Source: Eledone cirrhosa
Lineage: Eukaryota
Direction: 5' to 3'
Assembly (NCBI GenBank): GCA_964016885.1
Contig: OZ024742.1
Location: 11,842,001-11,906,000, forward strand
DNA length: 64,000 nucleotides
The notes beneath the pieces were generated by a model. The model saw only the letters and a program-made list of their open reading frames with translations, was not told the DNA's origin and ran no database searches. This document shows positions 16,191-28,390 of the stretch, one piece after another (position 1 is the first letter of the stretch; each line of letters starts with the position of its first letter). The position numbers and the translations under genes were made by a program.

Positions 16191-16694
16191 GAATCTAGGA
16201 GCAGTTTAGGTATGATACATTTTATTACTAATTATATCTAAATGTTCCTTCTCTCTTCATAATGTATTTTTAACTCTGATACTGGTTCAGTCTGGTTCAA
16301 CCGGATAGGTCTGTCCCAGTCATTCATTGAGCAACATCGGTAAGGCTGGCACCATTAACTCACGGTTGGATGTGGATGCATTCATGTATATGTGTGTGTC
16401 CGCATGTATCTGTGTGTTTCTAAATATATTGTTCATAACTCCCTCTGGTCGAGTAATCTTTGAAGTGTGGTGACTGCTGGAAAGCTGCCATTACTCATAC
16501 TTCTCGCCTCCTTTACCACCTCTTCTACGGCTTCGATATAAATACCCCCTCCGCCTTCGTGGTATTTTCTTCGGGGTTATAAGAGGCTTAGCTCTGTTTC
16601 TCGACCGTTATATCGCGTGACTATCTCCCCCTCCGCCTTTGGGATTCTTTCTCACGTCGTGTAGACGGGTTCTTGAAGCTAGTAAAATGAGGTA

Positions 16695-16784
16695 TCCTCT
16701 TGATAAGTCGGCAGACCTCGCAAGGGCTCTATACCTTTATGATGTACTGTTTTTGTTTATGCCACGAAACTACGTAGTCGAGGA
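16695..16784 (+). ncRNA. Type I hammerhead (UUGAUAA core variant), copy 2
   Basis: tcctc-TTGATAA-gtcggca...tgccac-GAAA-ctacgtag-TC-gagga; predicted cut after 16779. Confidence 0.75.
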
Positions 16785-16850
16785 ATCTAGGAGCAGTTTA
16801 GGTATGATACATTTTATTACTAATTATATCTAAATGTTCCTTCTCTCTTC

Positions 16851-16885
<35 letters not shown>

Positions 16886-16911
16886 ATAATAATAAATTTG
16901 AAGACTAAAAT

Positions 16912-17063
16912 CCAAAGTATCGTCTTCCTGTCTTCCTCCGGTTGCAACGTTTTTTTAAATATCCACTTCTGCGTTTACAGATTGACTTTGTTAGTTTCAG
17001 AAGATCCCGTTAAGGGTGAAAGCAGCGATTCTTTGCTTAAAATTTAATCTGTTATTTTAATAA

Positions 17064-17065
<2 letters not shown>
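16912..17065 (+). mobile_element. Family C PLE-like 3' end (non-canonical HHR-like core CAGAAGA..GAAA)
   Basis: Inverted copy at 17321-17475 and third copy at ~63748-63862; ends AATAAA+(TA)n. Confidence 0.65.
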
Positions 17066-17099
<34 letters not shown>

Positions 17100-17275
17100 G
17101 TAGTACACGGGAAGGTAATATCCGTACTGGTAGAGCACTCAGTCCATAAGACGAGTTAGGTAGAAGTGGTTACACAACAGTTAGTTCACCATACCGAAAA
17201 CAATTATTTCACCTTAGGATCCGCTAAGGTGAAACAATTGTTCTTGGCATAATGAACTAACTGTTGTGTAACCAC

Positions 17276-17280
<5 letters not shown>
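17100..17280. mobile_element. Family B fold-back element, copy 2 (folds back inside HHR stem II)
   Basis: Homologous to 7135-7397; centre CACCTTAG-GATCCG-CTAAGGTG. Confidence 0.8.
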
Positions 17281-17320
<40 letters not shown>

Positions 17321-17323
<3 letters not shown>

Positions 17324-17760
17324 TTATTAAAATAACAGATTAAAGTTTAAGCAAAGAATCGCTGCTTTCACCCTTAACGGGATCTTCTGAAACTAACAAA
17401 GTCAATCTGTAAACGCAGAAGTGGATATTTCAAAAAACGTTGCAACCGTACGAAGACAGGAAGACGATACTTTGGTTCGTGGAAACGTTCCCTGGCAAAG
17501 AACGGGAAAAAACGAATATAAAACGTCATTAATAGGAGCAGTGAAAAACAATTACGCGCAAAGACAGAACCACGTTTATGGTATAAAAGAGGTCGTTGAC
17601 TAATATTCTATTAGGTGGTTCATAGAGATGTTCTCTGGCAATGAACGGAAAAAACGAAGATAATACGTCATATGTGGAGCGTGGAGAACAATTGCACGCA
17701 AAGACAAAACCACGTAAATGGTATAGCAGAAGTCGTAGACTAAATGCTAACTATGACGTC
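17321..17760 (-). mobile_element. Family C longer copy with internal ~143-bp direct repeat
   Basis: Reverse complement of 16912-17065 plus repeats starting at ~17487 and ~17630. Confidence 0.65.
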
Positions 17761-17806
17761 ACTTTCAGCTTATATCTGGAGTCTAAAAGACAACCACACC
17801 CATCTG

Positions 17807-18332
17807 AAGCCTCAACAATTCAGATGGGTAAATATCAGGGTAACAAAATCAGGTGCTATTGAGCCGAGAGAGGGAGAAGTAGGGGGAAGCATAGAAATAG
17901 ACGTAGAGAGCGTAAAATAACGTAAGAAAGTGTAAAAAGTAGCAAGAGATAGAGTTACCTTGGAAGCGATTTAATAGTTCGTATATTTCGGATTTCACAT
18001 CCATCAACATTTGTAAGTACACGGTAAACAACGAAGGGGTGTATTCGGAGGGGTAAGAGTTGCCTAGAAGAAGGACATCCCGTGGCCTTCGTTGTTTACC
18101 ATGTGCGTACAAATGTTGATGGATGTGAAATCCGAAATATAGGGACTATTAAACCGCTTCCAAGATAACTCTATCTCTTGCAATTTTGTATACGTTTCTT
18201 ACCTTCTTTTACGCTCTCTGCGTCTCTTTCTACGCTTCCTCCTACTTCTCTCTCTCTCTCAGCTCAGTAGCACCTGATTTTGTTACCCGGAGATTTTCCC
18301 ATTTGCATTGTTGAGGCTTCCAAAGCGACTAT

Positions 18333-18335
<3 letters not shown>
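17807..18335. mobile_element. Family D diverged fold-back element (~230-bp arms)
   Basis: Arms ~17807-18036/18086-18320; degenerate HHR-like TGAT-GGAT gtgaa ATCC-GAAA-TATA; single arm repeated at 36660-36872. Confidence 0.7.
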
Positions 18336-18395
<60 letters not shown>

Positions 18396-18397
<2 letters not shown>

Positions 18398-18576
18398 CGA
18401 AGGAGTTGTGGTAAGGAACCAGATGGACCATAACGCACCAGAGTACTCAATACTTAGGATAGTAGATTGGGTAATAAGAAAAAGTATGACCCCGACAGCA
18501 GAGCTCAAGCCGTTTCGACGGCTATTTCTGAAATAGCCGTCGAAACGGTTTGAGCTCTGCCGTCGGGGTCATACTT

Positions 18577-18581
<5 letters not shown>
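18396..18581 (-). mobile_element. Family A fold-back element, copy 2
   Basis: Centre GCTATTTC-T-GAAATAGC; homologous to other A copies. Confidence 0.8.
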
Positions 18582-18623
<42 letters not shown>

Positions 18624-18661
18624 TAAATATACACGGGTGTGTATGATTGTGTATAGAAGAT

Positions 18662-19047
18662 TATATTAATAAGAGGAATTCCAACTTTGTCTGATTTACT
18701 CGTTTTATTTACAATCCTTTAAAATTTATAATGGTATTATAATGAAATAGTATGATAGAATATTAAATTCTAAGTGTTAATTGAACAAGGACTTTCATGC
18801 TTTCGCAATCTTCAGGTTCACATTCTGTGGTGACAGTCAAGTTTGCAATTTTCAACAGTTGAAAATTGCAAACTTCACTGTCACCACACATTATGAACCT
18901 GAAGATTGCGAAAGCATAAAAGTCTTTGTTCAATTAACACTTAGAATTTAATATTCTATCATACTATTTCATTATAATACCATTATAAATTTTAAAGGAT
19001 TGTAAATAAAACGAGTAAATCAGACAAAGTTGGAATTCCTCTTATTA

Positions 19048-19052
<5 letters not shown>
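18662..19052. mobile_element. Family E ~390-bp near-perfect palindrome with hammerheads
   Basis: Centre at 18857 (TTCAAC-A-GTTGAA); ~195-bp arms. Confidence 0.85.
18782..18820 (-). ncRNA. Minimal type I hammerhead ribozyme
   Basis: tgaac-CTGAAGA-t tgc gaaa gca t-GAAA-gtcc-TT-gttca; plus-strand twin (~18895-18933) has GAAA>AAAA. Confidence 0.7.
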
Positions 19053-19085
<33 letters not shown>

Positions 19086-20066
19086 ATTACGTTCTGATCG
19101 AAGACTACGCCTCACTTCAATGGAATAGAAATATAACTGAAGAACCTTAAATGCTACCGTCTATACTACGGCGTCCCTAGGCCATTTCAAGGGTATCAAA
19201 CTGCACAAGTTGTTTCACACCTTCACTTCCACAATAGACTGACTGTTCATCTGCTAAGAAGCTTCTGTCATCGTATGACCTTCATTTTAGAGGGAAGAAC
19301 TGAACTTTCGTAGCATCATATTCACTCTCTCGTTCTGAATCGCTTGAAACTAGCCTAAAACAAAGCATGATCAGTAGGGTGTTGAATATGTGGTTGAATG
19401 TGGAATTTTGGCGAAGACTTGACCGAGATTTACACCTAAACGTCTCAAACTCCAATATATCGGCCAAGGTTGGTCCTTTTAGGCTTCTGTTATCTCTAAC
19501 ATTCACAAAACAATGAAATTACAATCTCCGTGTATTTACTAACAATAGACGTCAGAGAACTAAACATATATAATCTGTATACAATAGATGTGTGGAAGTG
19601 AGGTACGAACGAGTACCCTCCAGCACCAACTAACTCCCCCTGCACCTCTGGGTCCCGGCCGAGAGGATGTAGAATACATTGGCCTGGAGGAAGACGCCGG
19701 AGACGCGTTGAAACAGTCAACCCCCCTCGCGGGGCTCTCACCTTGTCCCATAATTAAAGATCCACCAATATAATTCATTGTCCAGGGTTTTACACTAAAG
19801 GCAATAGAGATTTCTAAATGAATATTCTCACTCAAACTAAGCGTATATCCATTCCAGTGTCTCTATTGTAAGATCGACCACCAACTCGAGTATTTCTTTA
19901 TCCCTGTTCACTTAGGCCAGATAATGGTCAACGCCGTGTTCATTTATTCTGGCATTTTGACAAGTTTCCTTTACGTCCCGCTGGCTTTCCAACAATCTCG
20001 TCCATCGGCTTAGCTTTGTGTTATTGTATCGGTGTATATACACATACGCATACACCCACCCATACA

Positions 20067-20100
<34 letters not shown>

Positions 20101-20363
20101 GAGAGAGGGAGATGCACATACGAACACATTCACACACACATACACACATACACACATACACACATACACAGACACATTCAGATAGGGGGGGGGTAAAGAG
20201 AGATACATGAACATACGGACATACACACACACACACATATATGTACACAAACGTGCATAAACCTATTCGATGGCGAAACAGTTTCAGTCAGAGCTAGGGC
20301 TTATCTAGCTTATAAGACCTACACGTTGTATATACGTAATATGTATATATATGTATGTGTGTG

Positions 20364-20395
<32 letters not shown>

Positions 20396-20783
20396 CGTCA
20401 GTGTGTGGGTATATGGAAACCGCTTGGCGTCGCGGTTGGGATTTTCCTTTACTTATCTCTATATATACATGTATGTATATTGTTTTGTCTTTGTTCTACG
20501 ACATTCCACACGTTGCTGTAGCAACTTCAGCTTGTCGCCCTGAATCAGTGTGAAGAATCCTGCTCTTTTATACCGTTTCTTACGTTATGAATGGGGGGGG
20601 GGCATACCTTTAGAAAACATATTATGAGCTAAAGGAAGCAATTCGGTAAGGTTTTAACACATTTGTTCGTCCTTACACACATATAAAACTCCAACTTATA
20701 CACAGACATACATAGTATATACACATCCACATGACGGCTGTCTATTTATATACCTACCTATCTATCTACCTACCTATCTATCT

Positions 20784-23700
20784 GGCTGTCTGTCCCCAAC
20801 TTAATAAGAAAACCCCAATCCTGCCTACACCACCAACAACTGCACAACCAACACAATCACCACAACTACCACTACAAAAACAACCACCACAGCTCAAACC
20901 AAAACAAAACAATGTCCAACCCATCCCCTCCACTCAAAAACAAAAACAATTTCCAAAACACCCGTACCGCAAACACAACCCGAAAATATACCCCTCCCCT
21001 CCAACGCGGAAGATGACCCTAGTTCGTCGTCAGACGAGGAGAAGCACTTCCACACAATCAAAAGAAAAAAAAGAAAACACACCTCAGACACACAAATGAA
21101 AACAACCCCTCCCCAAAACATAACACTGACACCAACACAAAAGAGCTCACAACAACAGCAAACAAAAAACACCACACAAAAACAAAAACATGCATACACA
21201 TACATAAACACAAGAAACAAAAAACTGTTAAACATTGTGTACAACAACAATCTAATAAAAACACAAGGGCCTAACTTCACCCAGGCAGGGGATTTCCCCC
21301 ACCTCAAAATGATTAAGGCCACACAGGACACCTATAAAACTTTAAAAAACAATTTTAAAGAGGACGTGGGTCCCCCCTGCGTCGGGCCCATTAACCGCGT
21401 CCTCCTAAAAAACTATCCCACCCCCTCCCAAAACACCCACACAACTCCAAGCTCCCCAACCACACAACACACTGATGCCCCTACACTTCCACAAACCACC
21501 ACCCCACCCAACAACCCATCCCCCACCCTAATGGAAATTGTGCAGCCCGATACCCGGGACGCAGAGAGGTAAGTGCCTTTTCTCTTCACCACCAACATGG
21601 CTATGCTAAGAGTAGGCTGTTTAAATGCGCGTGGCCTGGGCTCAACTTGGAAGCAAGCAATGCTTCTAAATGACCTCAGGTCACAACGTATAGATGTGAT
21701 GGTTATTTGCGAGGCCCGGATCAGCAACGTGCGACAGCTGGCCCCCACCTTTGATGACTTTGAGATGCACGCATCTCTCTGTCAGCCCGGAGGTGGGGGT
21801 GGAGTTGTCGTTCTGCTGCAAAAACATCTGGGTCTCGCAACACAGATGGTACATTTGGACCCGGAGGGTCGACTAGTGGTTCTGGACCTTGGCAGTGGTA
21901 AAGGCGGAGCGTTTAGGTTGGTAGCCGCCTACGGCCCTTTCGGGTCAATGCGGCCGGACTTCTTCCATCGCCTGGAGACTTTTCTAGGGACGTCCCGCTC
22001 CTTGCTATTAGTGGGGGACTGGAATGGTATCCTAGATGCACGCTGGGACTACGTAGGGGTCTGCCCCGATAGAGAGGGGTGTAATAGCCTCAAAGGGTTA
22101 ATCGGTCGATTTGACCTGGCCGATAGATATCGACTAGATTTTCCGACTGCGCCAACCTGGCGTTGGGCAAATCGTAGCGGATCATCTAGGTCGTACCTAG
22201 ATAGGTTCTTAGTTAGAATTAAGGATAAGGACTTTTTAAGTTGTCCAAAAATGTGCATGGTTGGCTATTCAGACCACAAATTAGTGACCTGCATGGTCAA
22301 CCTTGACAGAACTCATAGACAGGGACCCGGTTACTGGAAGTTCAACTTGTCCTTACCGGCAAGTAAGGCTTACAGGAACCGGATTAGCACTTTAGTTAAG
22401 GAGCGGTTGACGGGCGCCATCGTCAACAGCAGGTGGTGGGTATCTCTCAAAAGAGAGATTAGAGTAGTCTCTATAGAATTTAGTAAGGAGTTAGCCTCCA
22501 ATAGAAATAGGAAGGAAAGGGAGTTGGTAGATAGTGTAGAAGAGGCAATTAGAAGCGGCGACGTGGCCAGAGTGCTAGCGTCGAGAACGGCCCTGGGCCA
22601 GTTCTTCGACGCGAAACACGAAGGCTGCATCGTCCGAAGCAAAATACGTGCTCTGGGAAACGAGGGGACCAAAGCTGTTAGCTGGGCCCGCGTGACAGAA
22701 GCCAAAAGAGGGAGCAGATCCACTATCCGGTCTTTGCTGCGAGACCAGGATGGACGGGTGATCCTTGAACCTAAGCAGATGTGCGAGGCTTTTCAAAAGC
22801 ACTTTACCGGATTGTTCGGAAGGGGCGGGGGGCCGGTTGGGGACGTGGACTTCGGTCCATACATCGACGGCCTGCCGCGTCTCTCGGACAGGGAGGCGAA
22901 GTCCTGCGAGGAGCCGATTTCAGCCGCTGAGATAGAGGACGTGCTGAGCCAATGCGGCAAACGCAAATCCCCGGGTCTCGATGGTCTTCCATACGAACTA
23001 TATCTAGCTATGCCGGACTTGTTCCCCGAACTCCTCGAGGCGGTCTACTGCAACTGGCAACAGAACGGGAGAATTCCCTGTGCTGTGACCAAGGGCGTAG
23101 TCACGCTAGTGAGGAAGGACGAGAACAAGGGGGACGATATAAATAATTTCAGGCCCATAACTCTGCTAAATACAGAGTTACAGATTTTGGCCAAGGTGCT
23201 AGCAAAGAGGTTGGCGCTTGTCGTGGGCAAACTGGTGGGAGATGCGCAGACATGTGCTATCCCGTCCAGGTCCATCCACGATAACCTTCACCTCATGCGA
23301 TACATCATAGAGAGGGTTGGGAATGAACCCGGCTTTGGTGGGGCCCTGATCAACTTGGATCAATCTAAGGCATTCGATAGGGTCGACCATGGTTACCTGG
23401 ATGCGGTGCTAGCGGCGGCAGGCTTCGAACCCGTTTTCAGGGGCTGGATCAATGCCATGCACAGCAGCCGCATCTGCTCTAGGGCCAAGGTGAACGGCTA
23501 CCTCTCGGAGCCGTTCGAAATCGCGCGGTCCATCCGACAGGGGTGCCCTCTCTCCTCCCTTCTGTATGTAATGACTCTAGAGCCACTGCTGCGGAAGTTG
23601 GAGTTGTTGCAGGGCATCCCGTTGGAACCGGGATTGCGAAAAGCGGTGTCAGCCTACGCCGATGACGTAACAGTAATGGTGTCGACGGCCTCGGAAATCA

Positions 23701-25826
23701 GGGCGATCGGCACCTTACTGGAGGAGTACGAAAGGTTTACAGGGGCTAAGCTGAACCGGGACAAGTCGATCGGTCTGCAACTCGGCACGTGGAGGGGCAG
23801 ATCGATGCCCTCCGATGGCGTCTTCGGGCGCTGGACGGAGGGCCCGGTGAAGTTGCTCGGGGTCTGGTTCGGACCAGACCTCCAGGTGGAGAAGAACTGG
23901 GGTGAGGTAACGAACAGGGTGTTTGCACTGACCCAGAAGTGAGCCGAGTGCAAACTGTCCCTGAAAGGACGGGCGGAGGTGGCGAACACTTATATAGCGT
24001 CCGTCATCTACTACCGCCTGACCGTTGTGCCTTGCCCAAGGGAAACGCTCGCCAAAATGGAGCGCGCACTCTTCCAATTCCTTTGGAAGAAGCGGGCTCC
24101 TATGGTGAGGAGATCCATCTGCTGTCAACACCCTTCGAAAGGAGGGCTGGGGATGCCGTGGCTAATGATACGTAAACACGCATTAAGGCTACGGCACCTT
24201 CAGGTATTCCTCTCCGGTCAACCTGTGTGGGCCCCGTTTGTGAGGCGAGCCTTTCCCAGACTCGTCTCACTCACCGAGCTGCAATCCTGGGTCAAGCAAA
24301 GACCGAGAAAACTGGGCACCTGGCACACCGAGTGTGCCCAGGCACTCACGGCTCTCTGGCAGGCGGACCCGGCTGTCAGTGGAGAATCCACCTCGTCATT
24401 CTATAGAGGGCTGGTAGTTAGCAGGTGCGACGACGCCCTCGGAGAAGCCCTAGGCATGGAGGAAGACGAACTGGCCAACCTGTTCGGTAGGACATTCAGC
24501 CCGGGACCCATGGATAACTTCCAGAGGTCCCTGGCCTGGCAATGCTACAGAAGGGCTCTGCCCGTTCGAGAAAGGCTCTACAGACACGGGCGCCCGGATA
24601 GGGACCCATCGAAAAAGATCTGTCCCAGATGCGTGTGCGACGAGGAAACCGTTGCACACGCATTGGTACACTGCTCGGGCATTGCTGATCTGTGGGGTTA
24701 TGTCGAACAACTGCTGTCAAGGGTGGGACCAATCCGGTTGACCACCGAGTCTATTGTAACGATCAAGCCGCCTCCCCTCTTCAAAAACGAAGGAGAGGCG
24801 GTGTTTCTGTGCGTAATAGCCATGGCGAAAGAGGTTGTATGGTGGACGCGTCTGAAAGGACTGAGTTCAGACACCTTTCTCTCTGGCCAACAACTGGTCC
24901 GTTTCTTCCGATATCATTTCGGAAGAAGGATCAGGATGGAGAGAGAGGTGCTGCACCTTGGAGAAGCCCTAGACATGGAGGAGGACGAACTGGCCAGCCT
25001 GTTCGGTAGGACATTCAGCCCGGGACCTATGGACAACTTCCAGAAGTCCCTGGCCTGGCAGTGCTACCGAGGGGCTTTACCCGTTCGAGAAAGGCTCTAC
25101 AGACACGGGCGCCCGAGTAGGGACCCCGCCAAAAAGATCTGTCCCAGATGCGTGTGCGACGAGGAAACCGTTGCACACGCATTGGTACACTGCTCGGGCG
25201 TAGCCGATCTGTGGGGCTATGTCGAACAACTGCTGTCAAGGGTGGGGCCGATCCGGTTGACCACCGAGTCTATTGTAATGATCAAGCCGCCTCCCCCCTT
25301 CAAAGATGAAGCAGAGGCGGTGTTTCTGTGCGTAATAGCCATGGCGAAAGAGGTTGTATGGTGGACGCGTCTGAAAGGACTGAGGTCAGGCACCTTTCTC
25401 TCTGGCCAACAACTGGTCCGTTTCTTCCGATATCATTTCGGAAGAAGTATCAGGATGGAGAGAGAGGTGCTCCACCCCAGTCGTTTTTATGAAAGGTGGG
25501 TGAAAGTGGCGAGAATGGCCCGTGTGAATGGGCCTTCTCTTTACATAAGACTGTAGGTGGAAAAGAGGAAGGAACGAGGGAGCACCCCCTCTTTGTGCTC
25601 CTGAGGAAAAGGGTTGCACACTTTTTTCGGGGGTGTGTGCGACCCCCCAAGGCGCCTCCTCTCTATTGAGGATTTTGTTACAAATTTTATTTTTTGTTAT
25701 ATTTTATTTTATTTTATTTTTATATTTTGTTATTGCCTCCTCCTTATTGAGGACGCCTTTTTGTGTAAACTCCCCCCTTTGTACTTGTCCCACTTTTGAT
25801 GCCCTGGTGGCAAATAAAAGAAACAT
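20784..25826 (+). mobile_element. Tx1/L1-clade LINE, 5'-truncated in ORF1, inserted in (TACC/TATC)n
   Basis: ORF1 remnant ending 21572, APE-RT ORF2, 3' UTR with AATAAA at 25813; same TACCTACCTATCTATC satellite at both ends. Confidence 0.9.
21597..25556 (+). pseudogene. LINE ORF2: APE endonuclease + RT + duplicated zf-RVT; single in-frame TGA at 23940-23942
   Basis: LNARGL, GDWN, SYLDRF, YSDH, YWKFN, KSPGLDG, NFRPITLLN, KAFDRVDH, RQGCPLS, AYADD, CPRC....ETVAHALVHC twice; the two track ORFs are in one frame. Confidence 0.92.
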
Positions 25827-25884
25827 ATCTATCTACCTACCTATCTATCTACCTACCTATCTATCTACCTACCTATCTATCGAC

Positions 25885-25998
25885 TAACTTTTTAAATTGC
25901 ATTTGTGATAACATTTTACACGTTTTTATTGTATGTAAACTTCCCCCTTTGTATTTGTCCCCTTCTTTTGTGCCCCTGTGGCTAATAAAGAAACATAT
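25885..25998 (+). mobile_element. Second, diverged 3' end of the same LINE family
   Basis: TGTAAACT.CCCCCTTTGTA.TTGTCCC...GTGGC.AATAAAGAAACAT followed by (ATCT)n, paralleling 25760-25826. Confidence 0.75.
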
Positions 25999-26263
25999 CT
26001 ATCTATCTATCTATCTCTCTCTCTATATATATACGCAAACTCACGTAAACACAACACATATACACACACACACATACACCATACACACACACACACACGC
26101 ACACACACATATATATATATATGAATATTCATACATATACATATTTATATGTGTGAGTATGTGTGTGTGTGTCTCTGTGTGTGTCTATGTTTATGTATAT
26201 ACGTGTTCATATATATGAATATATATATACACATATACATGTATATATGTATGTCTGTGTGTG

Positions 26264-26287
26264 TGTAACGTATTCCTCTCCATCAAC

Positions 26288-26320
<33 letters not shown>

Positions 26321-26339
26321 ATGTGTGTGTGTGTGTGTA

Positions 26340-26371
<32 letters not shown>

Positions 26372-26473
26372 TGTGTATGTGTGTGTGTGTAACGTATTCC
26401 TCTCCACCAACTATATATATATATATGTGTGTGTATGTGTGTGTGTGTGTAACGTATTCCTCTCCATCAACTC

Positions 26474-26506
<33 letters not shown>

Positions 26507-26758
26507 ATGTGTGTGTGTGTGTAACGTATTCCTCTCCATCAACTCTATATATATATATATGTGTGTGTATGTATGTGTGTGTATGTGTGTATGTATGCGT
26601 GTGTGTGTGTGTGTGCGTGTGTGTGTGTGTGTATAACGTATTCCTCTCCATCAACTATATATATATATATATGTGTGTGTATGTATGTGTGTGTATGTGT
26701 GTATGTATGCGTGTGTGTGTGTGTGTGTGTGTGTATAACGTATTCCTCTCCATCAACT
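26264..26758. repeat. Six copies of TAACGTATTCCTCTCCA(T/C)CAACT separated by (TA)n(TG)n
   Basis: Copies near 26266, 26390, 26450, 26522, 26634, 26736. Confidence 0.85.
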
Positions 26759-26878
26759 GTAACAGGAATGGAGGAAGTAATATGTCGTGGAAGCTGTCAG
26801 TAGGAATTAGGTTTTATGCTGTAAAAACAAACAAATCTTACATCATAATAAACCTTCACCGTTGAAGAGAATCTAAGG

Positions 26879-27355
26879 CAGCGGTTCCCAACCTTTTATA
26901 ATAAATTCCACCTTAATGATGTAGCAAAACAGTATCCCCCCCCCCCCCCCCCCCTAAAAAAAATTAACATTTTTGATACAATTTTTTTATGTAGAAATAA
27001 TTTCGGTATGTCTTTATATTTCAATCAAATCTTTTAAAATTTATTATAAACTTTACATAAATTTACTAAAATAAATAATATATATCCTGTTATAAAAATA
27101 AGTTTCTTTACTAAGTTTATTTACTAAAACATAAATTGTTATATCCAGATTTAAATAATTATCAAGTGAAGTGAAATCATAATTAGAAAAGGTAGAAAGT
27201 TGATAAAAAGTTGAATATAAAAATTTGAAGCAAGAAAAAGAAGAAAATATGTTAAGAAACTATTCTTCTTTTTTATGTATGAAATTTTGTGATTTTTAGT
27301 TAATTCCCGTGGCTCTCTCAGTAACTAGCTATGGCCCCCTGGCTGGAAACCAATG
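26879..27355. mobile_element. hAT (Charlie-like) MITE
   Basis: TIRs CAGCGGTTCCCAACC / GGCTGGAAACCAATG; 8-bp TSD ATCTAAGG at 26871-26878 and 27356-27363. Confidence 0.8.
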
Positions 27356-27687
27356 ATCTAAGGGGTGGGAGACGTATGGTGGTATGGAGAGGTGCAGTAG
27401 AGAGGAACAATTGAATAGAGAGGTGTGTACAGAAATAAGAGAGGTTAGAAGTGTTGAGAATAGAGGATAGAAAGAGATGAAGAGAGGGTTAGAGATTAGA
27501 ACTGATAAGATAGGGGGTGGGGTATGAGATGAAATACGAAGGAGAGGGAAGTAAAACAGAATAGCTGAAATGTGTAGAGAAGAGTTGATATGAGAATAAG
27601 GAGAAGTGTGAGATTGGTGGGGTGAGAAACACCCGCATCACCTAGATGTCGTGTCACTCTCTCACCTTCTCCTTTTCTTCCTTGCCT

Positions 27688-28110
27688 GATAGTCCCTTCC
27701 CTTTCCCTATAGTCCTTATTCTTTCCCTATAGTCCTTGCCCTTTCCCTCTAGTCCTTGCCCTCTCCATATAGTCCTTGCCCTTTGCCTATAGTCCTTGCT
27801 CTTTCCCTGTAGTCCTTGCCCTTTCCCTGTAGTCCTTGCCCTTTCCCTATAGTCCTTTCCCTTTCCCTATAGTCCTTTCCCTTTCCCTATAGTCCCTATT
27901 CTTTCTCTATAGTCCTTGCTCTTTCCCTATAGTCCTTGCCCTTTCCCTATAGTATTTTCCCTTTCCCTATAGTCCCTATTACTTCCCTATAGTCCTTGCC
28001 CTTCCCCTATAATCCTTGCTCATCCCCTATAGTTCTTGCTCTTTCCCTATAGTCCTTTCCCTTTCCCTATAGTCCCTATTCTTTCACTATAGTCCTTGCT
28101 CTTTCCCTCT
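27688..28110. repeat. 20-bp minisatellite (CTTTCCCTATAGTCCTTGCC), ~21 units
   Basis: Direct inspection. Confidence 0.95.
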
Positions 28111-28204
28111 TTTCCTTCCCATTTAAGGCATTTATAGTCATTTCCTATACATCCAGATATGTCCTTCTTTACCCTTCGTTCTTCCTTTATTTATGATTTA
28201 ATTT

Positions 28205-28390
28205 TGGATAGGCAGTATCGGTAGAGGGTTGGACACCATCCTTTGACGTATAGAGTTACGGCCCTTGCCATTCAAATGTCGCCGAGGTTAACTTTGCCTT
28301 TCATCCTTACGGGGTCGTTAAAATAAAGTACCACTGGGTAATGCACTGGGTAATTGCTGGCCTTGTGCCAAACGTAGAAACAATTATTTA
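28205..28390 (+). mobile_element. SINE, near full length
   Basis: GGCAGTATCGGTAGAGGG...GCTGGCCTTGTGCCAAACGTAGAAACAATTATT. Confidence 0.85.

Noticed and set aside
19680-19730. GGAAGA-cgc..gcg-ttGAAA-cag-TC hammerhead-like string
   Set aside because: Core lacks UGA and stem I pairing is unconvincing
23940-23942. In-frame TGA in LINE ORF2 as possible recoding
   Set aside because: Falls at an expected Trp (W...LSL.GR motif); TGG>TGA nonsense mutation is simpler
26264-26758. CRISPR-like repeat/spacer appearance
   Set aside because: Spacers are microsatellites, context is eukaryotic, no cas genes
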